From the NCBI GenBank assembly GCA_947447315.1, contig CANFJD010000001.1, forward strand, positions 1-37,689: a DNA stretch of 37,689 nucleotides. The letters run 5' to 3'. Each line of letters begins with the position of its first letter. Position 1 is the first letter of the stretch. Positions 37,141-37,689 of the stretch are shown here, one piece after another. Source of the stretch: Fimbriimonadaceae bacterium (GTDB lineage Bacteria; Armatimonadota; Fimbriimonadia; Fimbriimonadales; Fimbriimonadaceae). The translations under genes and the position numbers were made by a program. The notes under the pieces are model-generated. The model was not told the origin of the DNA and made no database searches. It worked only from the letters and a program-made list of their open reading frames with translations.

Positions 37141-37689
37141 ATTTACCGAAGAGGTTCTCTTCCAATTGGCTGCAAATCGCGTGATAAACCGGTAAATGGA
37201 GTTCCTGAATATCCGCCGTCACGGTTTCCGGAACGGCAATCACAATCTCCGCCATCTGGGCGAGTTCCCCTCCGGGCGTACCGGTCAGCGCTATCGTCCT
37301 CATCCCCAAAGCTCTGGCGGTTACCGTTGCCATCACCACGTTCTGAGCGTTCCCGCTCGTACTAATTCCAAGAAATACATCGCCCGACTTTCCCAGTGCC
37401 TGGACCATCTGTGCGTAGACCATTTCTGGCTCCGCGTCATTGATCCAAGCGGTTACCAGCGAGGTTTGATCACCTAATGCGATGGCGGGCAACCCACGCT
37501 GCAGCCCCGCGTGCAGACGGGCGCCGTACTCAGAATGACTATCGAGATACGAATCACGTACGGTGTCAGGCAATCGCCGGGGTGATCGAAAGCCTTTGAG
37601 TAATTCCCCCGCAATGTGGCTAGCGTCCGACGCACTTCCGCCGTTCCCCGCAATCAGCAACTTGTTACCAGCCGAAAACGCCGCTTCCA
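37139..37689 (-). CDS. gmhA: SIS-domain phosphoheptose isomerase-like protein (5'-truncated by window edge)
   Basis: 'GNKLLIAGNGGSASDASHIAGEL', 'GISTSGN' and 'IQELH'. The frame is open to the window end. Confidence 0.8.
   Translation of the reverse strand, partial: EAAFSAGNKLLIAGNGGSASDASHIAGELLKGFRSPRRLPDTVRDSYLDSHSEYGARLHAGLQRGLPAIALGDQTSLVTAWINDAEPEMVYAQMVQALGKSGDVFLGISTSGNAQNVVMATVTARALGMRTIALTGTPGGELAQMAEIVIAVPETVTADIQELHLPVYHAICSQLEENLFGK

Overview
Gene-dense bacterial chromosomal window, probably Armatimonadota (Fimbriimonas-like). This is inferred from a DUF1559/H-X9-DG prepilin-like gene of the 'FPVFAQAK' type, a PEP-CTERM gene and a DUF4382/DUF5666 lipoprotein. About 33 genes are present: assorted enzymes (AKR, CPBP protease, amidohydrolase, GNAT, flavodoxin-like, g-type-like lysozyme, photolyase), a MacAB-type ABC system, a glycan-utilisation neighbourhood (GH20+PA14, sugar ABC transporter, GH33 sialidase, prepilin-like protein plus small lipoprotein), a YgiB/YgiC-like lipoprotein/ATP-grasp pair, tRNA-Ala(CGC), rhaM, a DEAD-box helicase with very long disordered tails, and a partial gmhA-like gene. 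I saw no integrase, transposase or CRISPR array. Best leads: (1) an unannotated ~140-nt rod-shaped candidate ncRNA with its own extended -10 promoter, facing tRNA-Ala; (2) a pilin-like/lipoprotein cassette beside glycosidases and a sugar ABC importer; (3) a Gly-Gly-ending lipopeptide coupled to an ATP-grasp ligase; (4) a structured ~245-nt helicase leader; (5) widespread leaderless-type starts; (6) three gene lesions, including a Fic gene lacking its catalytic loop and a PEP-CTERM gene with an in-frame TAG. All family calls come from motif recognition by eye; no searches were run.
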